Positions 10,320 to 19,366 of a stretch of DNA of 64,000 bases are shown piece by piece. Below the pieces are notes generated by a model. The model saw only the letters and a list, made by a program, of their open reading frames with translations. It was not told where the DNA came from and searched no databases. The stretch is taken from positions 1 through 64,000 of IMG/VR virus record IMGVR_UViG_3300045938_000114; one strand, given 5' to 3'. Every line of letters starts with the position of its first letter. The first letter of the stretch is position 1. The position numbers were made by a program, and so were the translations under genes. Source of the DNA: a virus (Duplodnaviria; Caudoviricetes).

Positions 10320-10709
10320 CTAGAAGCGGGTTTCTCGGTAAAAGGGATAGATGAAGCTCTCAATCTCATTGCTGCCAAGCAGTTGAAAATTCACCCTGGC
10401 GTTAAGCTGCTCGGCCGACACGATTTCAAAGTCCGTATCCACGTAGCGCACCCGGCGCTCCCACTTATCCACGGCCTCGCGGATGAGGTATTCCATCACG
10501 CTCTGCTGCGTGGTGCTGTTGGGCTCGAAAAGCAGCAGGGCCAGGTGAGTGCCGTAGCTGCGGTTCATGAAGTCCGTGCCGATGGGGGTGCTAAACAGGC
10601 GGCGCAGGCTCTGCTTCACGAGCTTGATGTCCTCGACGAGCGCCTGCTGGCCGTAGATATTGACGTTAGCCGGGTGTTCAGTCCCGACGCCTAAGTAGTC
10701 GCGGGCCAT
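10320..10709 (-). CDS. GPW/gp25-family baseplate sheath initiator
   Basis: QSLRRLFSTPIGTDFMNRSYG..L..LLFEP, WE.RV. Confidence 0.92.
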   Translation of the reverse strand: MARDYLGVGTEHPANVNIYGQQALVEDIKLVKQSLRRLFSTPIGTDFMNRSYGTHLALLLFEPNSTTQQSVMEYLIREAVDKWERRVRYVDTDFEIVSAEQLNARVNFQLLGSNEIESFIYPFYRETRF

Positions 10710-10710
10710 G

Positions 10711-11169
10711 TTAGCTCCAATTGATGGTGAGGTTGGTGCTGAGCTGGGTGGCCGTGCCGGTGCGCAGCCACGCCAGCACGATTTCAGCCAGCTTTTGCAG
10801 GCACTGCTGGTTGCTGCCCTGCTGGTTCACGCCCAAATCGTACACCGGCTCGAAGTCGGGTGGTGCGGCCGGGGGCACGGCGGCCCAGCCGACCATGCCC
10901 GGCGCCAGCACCAGCGCGAGCTTATGCCAGGCGCGGGCGAAGGCAGCGCGCTCGCCGCCCACGGTGCAGCGAAGCATCTCGTCGTAAAAGGCGGCGTAAG
11001 CGCCAGGGCTGTTAGGGCTGGGCGGCGTGATGGGCTGCACCCACTGCGTAGCAGCTGAGGCCCACATCGCCGCCGCCGTTTGGTGCGTATCCGGGAACGC
11101 TACGAAGGCCGGCGAGAGCCGGTCGGCAAACGGTTCGAGCAGGGTGATGAGTGCGGCTTCGGTCAGCAT
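10711..11169 (-). CDS. Baseplate-associated hypothetical protein
   Basis: 152 aa between spike and gp25, coupled stop/start. Confidence 0.6.
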   Translation of the reverse strand: MLTEAALITLLEPFADRLSPAFVAFPDTHQTAAAMWASAATQWVQPITPPSPNSPGAYAAFYDEMLRCTVGGERAAFARAWHKLALVLAPGMVGWAAVPPAAPPDFEPVYDLGVNQQGSNQQCLQKLAEIVLAWLRTGTATQLSTNLTINWS

Positions 11170-11792
11170 TAAACCAGAAACGCCCCGAGTTCTTTCGCCA
11201 GCGCCACGAATTTTAGGGCGTTTATTGGCGGCCCGGATGGGCCTAGCGGGGTGCTTACTGTTAAGGTAGCCTCCTCCTCTAACCAGCTTTTTGCAATTTG
11301 CCCGAGCGTGCGGGTGCCCTTGCCGGCTATCTCAATACCCTTCGGGGTGAGGTCTACGCGCAAGCCGTTCTGGTGCCGCAGGTGCACGGTGCCCGCGGCA
11401 TCATCAAACTCCAGCCGGTGGCCCTGAGGCGTGAGCAGCACGTAGGTCGTAGGCTTGCCACCGGCCGGGGCCGCCCCGCGCACCCACCAGCCCGCCTCAT
11501 AAATCGGGTAGCGCGGGTCGCCACCTTCGAAGGTGAGATAAATAGGGTCGCCCGGCTGGGGCACCCATAGCAAGCCGTGGCCCTTGCCGGCCGGCAGGCC
11601 GCGCGGCCACGCCCACAAATCGGGCGAGTCATCGCCGTAAAACTGCGGGCACAGCACCCGGATACGGCCCAGCCCCTCGGGGTCTTCGTTGCTGTAGCAC
11701 ACGCCCCGGTACAGGCTGTAGTAGCGGCCAAAGAATTCCAGCCCGTAGTTGCGCAGCGTGTTGCTGAATTTGGTAAACAGGTTGAGGGCCAT
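11169..11792 (-). CDS. Baseplate spike protein V / gp5 OB-fold
   Basis: YRG...NEDPEGLGRIRV.CP, WA.P, VPQPGD.I...FEGGDPRYPI. Confidence 0.92.
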   Translation of the reverse strand: MALNLFTKFSNTLRNYGLEFFGRYYSLYRGVCYSNEDPEGLGRIRVLCPQFYGDDSPDLWAWPRGLPAGKGHGLLWVPQPGDPIYLTFEGGDPRYPIYEAGWWVRGAAPAGGKPTTYVLLTPQGHRLEFDDAAGTVHLRHQNGLRVDLTPKGIEIAGKGTRTLGQIAKSWLEEEATLTVSTPLGPSGPPINALKFVALAKELGAFLV

Positions 11793-11797
11793 GATAC

Positions 11798-11992
11798 TTA
11801 ATTAAGGCAGAGCGCTACCTGCACGGTTACTACATCATCTGTGCCGCGCCGCGTGCGGCAGGGCATCGGGTCCAGGTCAGCCCGCCACGGCGGCGGGCAC
11901 GGCCACCCCCCGCGCCGGAACGCGCCCGGTAGCAGCTGGAAGGCCACCGGCTGCCGGGGCGGTGGGTTATGGAGACGGGCGGCTTTGCTCAT
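11798..11992 (-). CDS. Small hypothetical protein
   Basis: ATGA overlap with the hub gene stop; fills the gap to the spike gene. Confidence 0.5.
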   Translation of the reverse strand: MSKAARLHNPPPRQPVAFQLLPGAFRRGGWPCPPPWRADLDPMPCRTRRGTDDVVTVQVALCLN

Positions 11993-13179
11993 TTTACCCG
12001 GTTGGCATTCTGGTCAAACTTCACCCGCACGTCGCGGCCCGCGTCGGTCTTGGCTGGCCCGGCCGCCGTGTTCTTGTCGTCGTTTTTAGCGGCCCCGGTG
12101 GCGGGCGCTTTGTCGGTGGCGTTGCGGCCCATCTCCACCGTGCAGGTGTAGGGGGAGCCGGGGTTGATGGTGTGCGTTACCTTCTTGGCGTACCAGTTGC
12201 CACCGTAGGAGGCCGTCACGCCGGCGATGGTGTACACCTCGTCGGCCAGCAGGTTCGGGTCGCCCTCTACTACCAGCGTCGCCGTGATGTCGTCGAGGCC
12301 GCTATCCTTCTTCTGCTTGCTCGCGACGTTGTCGGCCCCGGCCGCGTCGCGGCTGGGCACTACAATGGTCGTACCCGGCTGAATAGCCGAGGTGCCGACC
12401 CGGTTGCCGTCCTGGTCGTAGGAGACGCGGTAGGTGCCCAGCTTGGTGTCATCCTTGGTTTTACCATCCGCGGCATCGCGCTTGAAGGCCACCCCCGTAA
12501 AGGCATCCACGCCGGGCACGCTGGTCTTTGCCGAGGTGCCTTTCTTATGCAGGTCGTTATTTTTAGGCCGGAACGACACGACGGTACCATTGCCGTCGCC
12601 GTAGGTGAAGGTGCGCCGGCTGGGCTTTTTGAGGTTGCGCTTCGTGAAAATCAGCGTATCGCCCTTGATGCGAAACTGATACAACCCGCTCTGCTCGTGC
12701 GTGGCCAGGTATTTCAGCAGCTGATAATCAGTCTTGCCGGCCGTGGGCACGGACTGCCACACGAAGCTCGTCGCATCGACCTGAGCCTTGAGATTGTGCT
12801 TCTTGGCGATGGCCTCGGCAATCTGGCTGCTGGTTTTTCCCTGGTAGAGGGTCGGCTCATTGCTCTTTTTGGTGGCTACGCCGCTGTGGGTGGCCAGTAC
12901 GATGAGGTTGATAAGCGGGCCGAAATCCGGCTCCGTACCCACGATAACGGCCGTGTACTGGGGGCTGCTGGCTCCGCCCTGGTAGCCGAAGCTAAACAGC
13001 AGCTTTACGCCAGGCTGCAATTCCTTGTCGTCGACAAGCGCCAGCGGTACGCCGCCCAGCGTGAAGCGCACTAGGTCGTCCTCCTCGGTGCAGTCCTCGT
13101 AGGTAAAGGCGGTAATCAGGTCGGTGAGGTCGCGGCCGCTCTTGGCTACGAGCACGCGGTAAAAAGGACTGAGAGCCAT
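11989..13179 (-). CDS. Baseplate hub / late control D (gp27-like)
   Basis: SFGY, SSQIAEAIA, TDYQLL, EGDPNL...YGGNWY..KVTH. Confidence 0.88.
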   Translation of the reverse strand: MALSPFYRVLVAKSGRDLTDLITAFTYEDCTEEDDLVRFTLGGVPLALVDDKELQPGVKLLFSFGYQGGASSPQYTAVIVGTEPDFGPLINLIVLATHSGVATKKSNEPTLYQGKTSSQIAEAIAKKHNLKAQVDATSFVWQSVPTAGKTDYQLLKYLATHEQSGLYQFRIKGDTLIFTKRNLKKPSRRTFTYGDGNGTVVSFRPKNNDLHKKGTSAKTSVPGVDAFTGVAFKRDAADGKTKDDTKLGTYRVSYDQDGNRVGTSAIQPGTTIVVPSRDAAGADNVASKQKKDSGLDDITATLVVEGDPNLLADEVYTIAGVTASYGGNWYAKKVTHTINPGSPYTCTVEMGRNATDKAPATGAAKNDDKNTAAGPAKTDAGRDVRVKFDQNANRVK

Positions 13180-13523
13180 TAATTCTGAGCGTTAGCAAGT
13201 AAGCGGTAGCGGGCCAGGTCGGGGATGAGCAGGCGGCGGCCTACGTGCTCGGTGAGGTCGAGCGGGTTGTCAATGTTGTTGACGGAGGCCAGCACCCACC
13301 ACCAGCGCTCGGCGTTTTCTACCTCGTCCTGCCAATACTCCCAGGCTACCTGGTCCAGCATCTGGCCGGGCAGCAGGGCCGGGTGAAAGCGGTCGCCGGG
13401 GCCGGGCTGGTAGTCGGGGAGGACGACGTGCAGCTCGGCGGTATCGTCGTCGCGCACGAGTAGCTCGCCCCCGCTGTAGGGGTTGTCGTCGTTGAGGCGC
13501 AGGGGCTGGCTAGCGTCGTACAT
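13179..13523 (-). CDS. LysM/gpX-like baseplate protein
   Basis: LDQVAWEYW...WWVLASVNNIDNPLDL...G..LLIP. Confidence 0.85.
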   Translation of the reverse strand: MYDASQPLRLNDDNPYSGGELLVRDDDTAELHVVLPDYQPGPGDRFHPALLPGQMLDQVAWEYWQDEVENAERWWWVLASVNNIDNPLDLTEHVGRRLLIPDLARYRLLANAQN

Positions 13524-13971
13524 CGCGGAGGCGGAGGTTTTTCTTAGGGTCCAGGGCCAGCGTAATATCCACGTAGGCCTGCTGCGGCAGCATGTTGGCG
13601 TTATGCATGAACTGGTCCATGTCGGCCTTGAAGCTGGCCACCACCCATACCTCGCTTTTGAATAGCTGCCCCCACACCAGCTTCACGTTGCGCACGGGGG
13701 CAAATGTGAGCGAGCGCAGCCACTGCACCTTGCGAATCACGTCGAGGCGGCTTTCCAACTCGGTAGCGAAGTCCAGCCGCAAATTGAGCCGGTCTTCGCC
13801 CCCGGTGAGGTGGTAGTGTGGGTTGTTGCGGCCCACCACGGCCAGCGCGGGCAGGTCGGGCGTGCGGCTCCAGGCCAGGCCGGTCGGCATGAACTGAATT
13901 TCCAGCCGCTCAAAGGGTGGGCTCAGCTCAACTATCGCGAGCTGGCCCTGGGTGCTGCTAATACTTTGCAT
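13510..13971 (-). CDS. Tail tube initiator (CIS tube-like)
   Basis: IQFMP, VVGRNNP.YH.TGG, V.LVWG, LP.QA.VDI.L; follows TMP. Confidence 0.8.
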   Translation of the reverse strand: MQSISSTQGQLAIVELSPPFERLEIQFMPTGLAWSRTPDLPALAVVGRNNPHYHLTGGEDRLNLRLDFATELESRLDVIRKVQWLRSLTFAPVRNVKLVWGQLFKSEVWVVASFKADMDQFMHNANMLPQQAYVDITLALDPKKNLRLRDVRR

Positions 13972-16355
13972 TAATCTGATGAGCGGTCTTGCTCGGCCGC
14001 GTCGTATTCTTTCATGCTCTGGTGAAGTATCCGGCCATCAAGCATGACATTGTTCTGCATGGTGACGGACTTGGTAGTCGTGTTCTGCAGCACTGTGGGG
14101 CGGTTGTCAGCCGTGAGGCCCTGCCGCTGCTCCATTGCGCGGTTGATGCGCTGCGTAGACTCGCCGCCATTTGGCGTTGCAATGGAGAGCGTCCCGCCGC
14201 CGCCACCGATGCCTAGTAGGCCCATGATGCTATCGCCCAGCGGCAACTCGTGCAGCAGGTTTAACAGCATGGTTTTGAGCATCGGCCAGGCATTTTGCAG
14301 CCCGGTTTGGATAGCCCGTACCATGTTATAGCCGAAGCTGAAAAAGGCTTCGGGCAGGCCGACCAACCATTCCCCAATTGATTGCCCGAACTCAAAGACG
14401 CTGCTGAACGCATCGGCCACCAGCGACGGAATCCGGCCCAGCCAATTGACTAGCACCATAATACCCATCACGAAGTGCTCCACGATGTCAATAGCAATCG
14501 CGATGACTTTCACGACGGCCGCGATAGCCAGTGCCACTAGGAATAGTACCGCGAGCAGCGCGCCCCCAATCACCTTCGCAATAAAGCCCAGCGTCTGGCC
14601 CAGCGCCTGCCCGGCAATGTGCCAGTCTAGCGTATCGCCGATGAGCTTTTTGATAGTTAGCCCCCACTCGCCCAGGTCGGTGAGCAGCGGCCCGATGTAG
14701 GCCCAGGCTGCGCCGAAGGCCTGCGCAATCCAGCTGCCCGCCTCTTTGAGGCCTTCCCACAGGCCCATCATAAATTCCTTGACGCGGATAAACCAGGTGG
14801 CCAGCCGCAACGTGAGGTCCAGCACCCCAATTTTTTCGAGGCTGGCCCGCATGCGTTCCGAGAAGGAGAACGTAAATCCATCCCAGGTTTGGAAGGCCTC
14901 CACGATGCCCACGACTACGCCGCCGATTTGTTGGAGCACGCCCCAAAAACCGCCCTCCACCTTGCCCCCGGCCATAAGGTCTTGAAAGGACTTCACGCCC
15001 TTCCAGGCCAGCCAGATACCGGCTACCAGCGCGGCGGCTATCGCAATGAACGGTAACAGCGGGGCCAGCGCTGCCCACACGCTCACGGCCAGCAAGTCGA
15101 AGGTAGCCGAAAGGCCGACGTTGGCGATGTACACGCCGAGCTCGCTGGCCTTGAAGGCGGCGAGGGCCTCTGTCGCCCCGATGTAGGCCGGCCCCAGCGA
15201 GAGCACGGCTACGCCCAGCTCCGCCGTGCCTTTCACGAAGGGCAAAATGCTTTTGGTAGCCATGAAGGCCTGCACGGCCCACGCCTGCACGGTGGCCCGG
15301 CCCCGCGCCATCTTCTCGTTGAAGCTGCTCATTACCACGGCCGCCTGGCTGGTGGCCTCGTGGGTGCCGGTCATGGCGGCTACCCAGCCGTTGTTGCCGT
15401 TCATCAGGCCCAGGTTTTCAGCCAGCACCCGGAAAGCGTTGGAGTTTTCGCGGCCGAAAACTTCCGTCACCAGGGCCGAGTCGTTTTGAATCTTGGAAAT
15501 TTCCGCCAAGCGCTGGGCAATGGGCACGGCCTGGTTGCCAATGATGTTGAGGTCTACTCCGGCCGCCCGCAGGCCTGCCAGCGCTTTCTTCGGTAGGTAC
15601 TCACCCTGCGACATGATGCCCAGCACGTTGCGGATAGCTACGCCCGCCTCGCTGCCGTACACCGCGCCCTTACCCATTATCTGGATGAGCGCGTTCAACT
15701 CCTCGAAGCTCACGCCGGCCGACTTGGCGGCAAGGCCACCGGTGCGGATGGAGGCGGCAATGTCCGTGACCTCAGCTGAGCCCACCTTGGCCCCGGCCGC
15801 CATCACGTTCATCTGCCGCGTCATTTCCCGGCTCATCTCCAGCGGGTCGGTGATGCTGCCGGCGTAGATGTTCATCGACGTGGTGAGGGCGGCCGTGGCG
15901 CCCGCGAGGTCGCCCTTCATGCCCTTGCTCAAGATGAAGGCGTCCTCGCCCATCGTTTGCAGGGCGGTGCTGTTCTGCGCGATTTCAGGGCCCAGCTTGC
16001 CCAGGATATTCTGAAACGTGTTCACGCCCTGCGCGGCATCGGCCCCGAAGCGCTTGCTTAGCCCGAGCGCCCGCTTGCCGATGTCGTCGAGGCCAGGGCC
16101 AACAACGCCGGTGAGGGAACTCAACTCGTTCAAGCTCTGGTCGAAGTTGCCGCCCGAGTCGATGAAGCGGTCGAGCATGTCGCGGGCGCGGTTCAGGCCG
16201 TTGCTGAATTGGTTGAGCATCGCCTGCTTGGCCGCCACGCGGGCCAGCCCGCCCTCAATGCCCGCAAAACCCTGAACCACACGGCGGGCCGGCTCGCTGA
16301 ACTCGTCAAAGAGCACCAGCGAAATACCCATACCCAAATCTCCCGAACCCATCAT
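13971..16355 (-). CDS. Tail tape measure protein (TP901 family)
   Basis: Ala/Gly-rich; GSEAGVAIRN, FG.E core; hydrophobic central segment. Confidence 0.92.
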   Translation of the reverse strand: MMGSGDLGMGISLVLFDEFSEPARRVVQGFAGIEGGLARVAAKQAMLNQFSNGLNRARDMLDRFIDSGGNFDQSLNELSSLTGVVGPGLDDIGKRALGLSKRFGADAAQGVNTFQNILGKLGPEIAQNSTALQTMGEDAFILSKGMKGDLAGATAALTTSMNIYAGSITDPLEMSREMTRQMNVMAAGAKVGSAEVTDIAASIRTGGLAAKSAGVSFEELNALIQIMGKGAVYGSEAGVAIRNVLGIMSQGEYLPKKALAGLRAAGVDLNIIGNQAVPIAQRLAEISKIQNDSALVTEVFGRENSNAFRVLAENLGLMNGNNGWVAAMTGTHEATSQAAVVMSSFNEKMARGRATVQAWAVQAFMATKSILPFVKGTAELGVAVLSLGPAYIGATEALAAFKASELGVYIANVGLSATFDLLAVSVWAALAPLLPFIAIAAALVAGIWLAWKGVKSFQDLMAGGKVEGGFWGVLQQIGGVVVGIVEAFQTWDGFTFSFSERMRASLEKIGVLDLTLRLATWFIRVKEFMMGLWEGLKEAGSWIAQAFGAAWAYIGPLLTDLGEWGLTIKKLIGDTLDWHIAGQALGQTLGFIAKVIGGALLAVLFLVALAIAAVVKVIAIAIDIVEHFVMGIMVLVNWLGRIPSLVADAFSSVFEFGQSIGEWLVGLPEAFFSFGYNMVRAIQTGLQNAWPMLKTMLLNLLHELPLGDSIMGLLGIGGGGGTLSIATPNGGESTQRINRAMEQRQGLTADNRPTVLQNTTTKSVTMQNNVMLDGRILHQSMKEYDAAEQDRSSD

Positions 16356-16380
16356 GGCGGTAGTAGCAATTGATTTGCTT

Positions 16381-16412
16381 CAAGCTACCGCGCCGGGCTA
16401 GGGCACTTTTGC
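16381..16412 (-). promoter_or_regulatory. Putative late promoter GCAAAA-N19-TAGCTTG upstream of TMP
   Basis: Same motif and spacing at 22112-22144 and 24418-24450. Confidence 0.5.
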
Positions 16413-16414
16413 AC

Positions 16415-16444
16415 AAAAAAGCCCCACCGGTCAGGGTGAGGCTC
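16415..16444 (-). terminator. Intrinsic terminator
   Basis: GAGCCTCACC...GGTGGGGCT hairpin followed by a T run. Confidence 0.75.
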
Positions 16445-16461
16445 TATTAGGGCGGGGCTAG

Positions 16462-16827
16462 TTACCGGCCCTGGTTTTCAGGCAGGCGGGCACTGATTTC
16501 CCGAACCAGGTCGCGCAGCACCTGCCAAAGAATATCCGCGTCGCGCGGGTTGGTCAAGCGGCGGTAGCGCCGGGAGCTGGGCTCCGCAAATAGCGCGTCG
16601 TAGGTATCGGTAGGCAGGCCGTTCTCGGCGGCGGCCTTACGCAGTTGCAAGCCCGGCAGGTCGCGCACGAGCAGGCGCAGGTCGTTATGCTCAGCTTCGA
16701 GGTTGCGGACAGGCCGGGGCAACAGGCTGGGCGCGTCCCGAATTTGTTCGTCCGTCATGCTGGCCACGATGTGACCGAGCGTGCCCGGCTTAGGCTGCAA
16801 GCTTGATTGTGATGGTTTCAGCGTCAT
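16462..16827 (-). CDS. Hypothetical protein
   Basis: 121 aa ORF in the cargo block. Confidence 0.6.
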   Translation of the reverse strand: MTLKPSQSSLQPKPGTLGHIVASMTDEQIRDAPSLLPRPVRNLEAEHNDLRLLVRDLPGLQLRKAAAENGLPTDTYDALFAEPSSRRYRRLTNPRDADILWQVLRDLVREISARLPENQGR

Positions 16828-17077
16828 TGACTGCGATTAAGTCGTCCCAAAAGAAAGTAGGTTCATCATGGCCCTCCGGCGCAATGGCCATTTCATCCTC
16901 CCTGTCCGGGTCGCTGGACTGCATGTGGCTCCAGCCCTGGGTGAGCAGGTACGCTTCGACTGCTAGCCAGGCTGAGGTGCGGTCAAGGTACGTGCCGGGC
17001 CAGGCACGGCCATTGGGGTAGTCGTCGTGCTCAGGAGCATACTCCTCGTAGGTGCTAAGAATGGTGTACATAAGCAA
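16790..17077 (-). CDS. Acidic hypothetical protein
   Basis: 95 aa ORF. Confidence 0.6.
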   Translation of the reverse strand: MLMYTILSTYEEYAPEHDDYPNGRAWPGTYLDRTSAWLAVEAYLLTQGWSHMQSSDPDREDEMAIAPEGHDEPTFFWDDLIAVNDAETITIKLAA

Positions 17078-17123
17078 AGAAGTGGGGCCTGTTATGCCCC
17101 ACTATTTTTCTTGAAAAAAGTTA

Positions 17124-17540
17124 TTAAATGCCGGCTGCTAAGGCTTTAGCGCACGAGCCGCGCAACTCAACCAGTTCTTTTGCCTGGGCCAGTGGCAGCA
17201 CCCGGCGCAGGCTGTTCTTGATACGCTTCATGATGGTAGCTGCTTCTACGCCGTGGTAGGCGGCCACCCCGACGACGAACTCCTTTACCGAGCGGTTGCC
17301 GCGAGCACTGTTGCAGCTGAGGCAGGCCGTAACCAGGTTGGTTTCCTTATTCGAGCCACCCAGCGAATAAGGGAGCAGGTGGTCAAGGGTGAGCTTCACT
17401 TCATCCTCTACGCCCTTGCCACAGTAGCAGCAGGCCAGCCCGTCGCGTAGGTAAATGGCCAAGCGCTTGTGTTGGGAAATCCAGTTCATACCCTGGCTTT
17501 TCTCGGTACGGTTAGGGCGGGCTTCGGAAATCTGGCACAT
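17124..17540 (-). CDS. HNH endonuclease
   Basis: RDG..CCYCG...LTLDHLLP.S.GGSN...NLVTAC.SCNS.RGN. Likely start 17540, since the ORF-track extension overlaps a promoter and terminator. Confidence 0.85.
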   Translation of the reverse strand: MCQISEARPNRTEKSQGMNWISQHKRLAIYLRDGLACCYCGKGVEDEVKLTLDHLLPYSLGGSNKETNLVTACLSCNSARGNRSVKEFVVGVAAYHGVEAATIMKRIKNSLRRVLPLAQAKELVELRGSCAKALAAGI

Positions 17541-17571
17541 AACGTGTTCTTTGCTAGCGTCTTTAACTATA

Positions 17572-17621
17572 CAAATATACGTAACGCGCTCGGCTTTGTA
17601 CGGCTTTTCCGTACAAATATA
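17572..17621 (-). promoter_or_regulatory. Two Bacteroidota housekeeping -7 elements (TATATTTG)
   Basis: TAnnTTTG matches at 17572-17579 and 17614-17621, upstream of the HNH gene. Confidence 0.65.
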
Positions 17622-17636
17622 GAAACTTTTTTCACT

Positions 17637-17672
17637 AAAAAAGCCCAGCCACTTTTCAATGACTGGGCTTTC
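17637..17672 (-). terminator. Intrinsic terminator
   Basis: AAGCCCAG...CTGGGCTTTTTT. Confidence 0.75.
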
Positions 17673-17674
17673 TT

Positions 17675-18010
17675 TTAATCGGCCTCTTTCGCATAAAGCC
17701 AATGATACTTGACTATCTGCTGCGCTCCGTATAGCAGTGGGGCCCACGGCTCAAACTCCTCGGGGTACACATCGCGCAGGCGGTCGAACAGGCCATTGAG
17801 GCCGCGCCAGTTCACTTGCCACCCCAGGCCCGGCTCGCGCATGTACTCAATGGCCGCGTGCATGTCGGGGTCGCCCTCGTCGATGCGGCGGTTCACCTCC
17901 GCTTGCAGCAGGGCGCACCACTCGTATTCTTCCGCCACCAGCGCGTGACGAAAGGAGTAAGCCAGCTCACCAATATCAATGGTGGGCATCATGCGCAAGG
18001 GGAAGGCCAT
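17675..18010 (-). CDS. Hypothetical protein
   Basis: 111 aa ORF. Confidence 0.6.
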   Translation of the reverse strand: MAFPLRMMPTIDIGELAYSFRHALVAEEYEWCALLQAEVNRRIDEGDPDMHAAIEYMREPGLGWQVNWRGLNGLFDRLRDVYPEEFEPWAPLLYGAQQIVKYHWLYAKEAD

Positions 18011-18015
18011 GATAA

Positions 18016-19353
18016 TTAATGCGTCAACTTTATCACCTGCTGCTGACCTTCCTGCTTGATACGCAAGTAGTAAACGCCCGCTGGCAAGCGGCCCGCATCG
18101 GGCAGCACAACCAGCTGGCCGCTGGTGGCCGTGTGGCTGAGCACCTGCTTGCCCAGCGCATCGTAAAGTACCAGACCGACCGGCCCGGCCCCCAGCCCCG
18201 CTAGCTGCACGTGCAGCTGCTCGCGCCAGGGGTTGGGGTAGGCCTCAGCCCCCCAGGCCGCTGCGCCCGCCGCCAGCGCCACCGCCCGTACTGGCGAGTA
18301 GTGGGCGCTGCCGTCCAGGTCCACCTGCCGCAGGCGGTAGTAGAGCACGGCCGCGCCCGCAGGCAGGGCCATATCGCGGAAGCCGTAGGCGTGGGCCTGG
18401 CTGGTAGTGCCCTGGGCGGCCACCGCCCCCAGCTTGCTGAACGTCGTGCCATCGGTGCTGCGCTCGATGTCGAAGCGGTCGCTGTTCACCTCTGAGGCCG
18501 TGTACCAGGCTAGCGCCACCGCCGCGCCCTGCGCCTTCGCCGTAAACCCGACCAGCTGCACCGGCAGCGGGGCCACGCCGGTTGCTACTGGCGTCAGCAT
18601 GAGCCAGCCTGCCGTAGGGATGCTGGTCAGGCTGTAAGTGGGCGTGCCCACCAGCGCCGTCGGCGATACCCACGAGGAGCCGCCGCCGCCGCCGCCCGCG
18701 CTGCCGTTCAGGGCGGCGGCCCCACCGCCGTAGTAGCCGCCGCCTCCGCCGCCGTAGCCGCCGCTGCCGCCCTGGCCATTGACGCCGGGCGGGCCACCGG
18801 CCCCTACCGCGAACTGCGTAGCACCCTGGCCGGGCGTGGTGCCGTTGATGCCGACACCGTGGCCACCATCCGGCGTACCCCCGACCCCGCCCTGCGGCAT
18901 GGGCCAGGTCAGCCAGTCGTTGCCCCCGGCCCCGCCCGCCACCAGCAGCGCGTTGCGGGTAGTCAGGTAGTCGCCGGTGCTGGCGCCCACGCGGCGCAGG
19001 TCGGTGGCGCCGCCGCCGCCGCCCGCGCCCGCGTAGCCGGCCCCGCCGCCGTTGTAGCTGCTGCTGCCGCTTTGCTGGCCCTGCTCGCCAACTTCAATAA
19101 CAAGCGTTTCGCCCGGCACTACCGCGAGGATAGCTTGCACCTGGCCGCCCATCGAGCGGGCCTGGTCGGGGTTGCCGAGTCCGCCCGCCCCGCCCGCCGC
19201 CGCGACGTTGAGGCGCGTAACGCCGGCTGGCACCGTATAGAACTGCGGCGCACCGGTACAGCTATAGATGGTCTGGGCAGTGGCTACCAGCGGCCCCACC
19301 AGCAGGACGACGGCTACTAGCAGCCACCCTCTAAACGATATTGCGTGTTTCAT
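18016..19353 (-). CDS. T9SS type A sorting-domain protein with glycine-rich domain
   Basis: Signal peptide; GGGGG tracts; PLPVQL..F.A...W.TASE.NS..F.IERS.DG domain; CTD AYPNP...YDALGKQV...LPAGVYYLRI...KL. Confidence 0.9.
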   Translation of the reverse strand: MKHAISFRGWLLVAVVLLVGPLVATAQTIYSCTGAPQFYTVPAGVTRLNVAAAGGAGGLGNPDQARSMGGQVQAILAVVPGETLVIEVGEQGQQSGSSSYNGGGAGYAGAGGGGGATDLRRVGASTGDYLTTRNALLVAGGAGGNDWLTWPMPQGGVGGTPDGGHGVGINGTTPGQGATQFAVGAGGPPGVNGQGGSGGYGGGGGGYYGGGAAALNGSAGGGGGGSSWVSPTALVGTPTYSLTSIPTAGWLMLTPVATGVAPLPVQLVGFTAKAQGAAVALAWYTASEVNSDRFDIERSTDGTTFSKLGAVAAQGTTSQAHAYGFRDMALPAGAAVLYYRLRQVDLDGSAHYSPVRAVALAAGAAAWGAEAYPNPWREQLHVQLAGLGAGPVGLVLYDALGKQVLSHTATSGQLVVLPDAGRLPAGVYYLRIKQEGQQQVIKLTH

Positions 19354-19366
19354 AAAAACGTGTTTT

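Noticed and set aside
8490-10694. 734-aa plus-strand ORF (also 27415-29304, 33109-34233, 11962-13074 and similar)
   Set aside because: Antisense shadows of well-supported minus-strand genes in GC-rich DNA; no motifs
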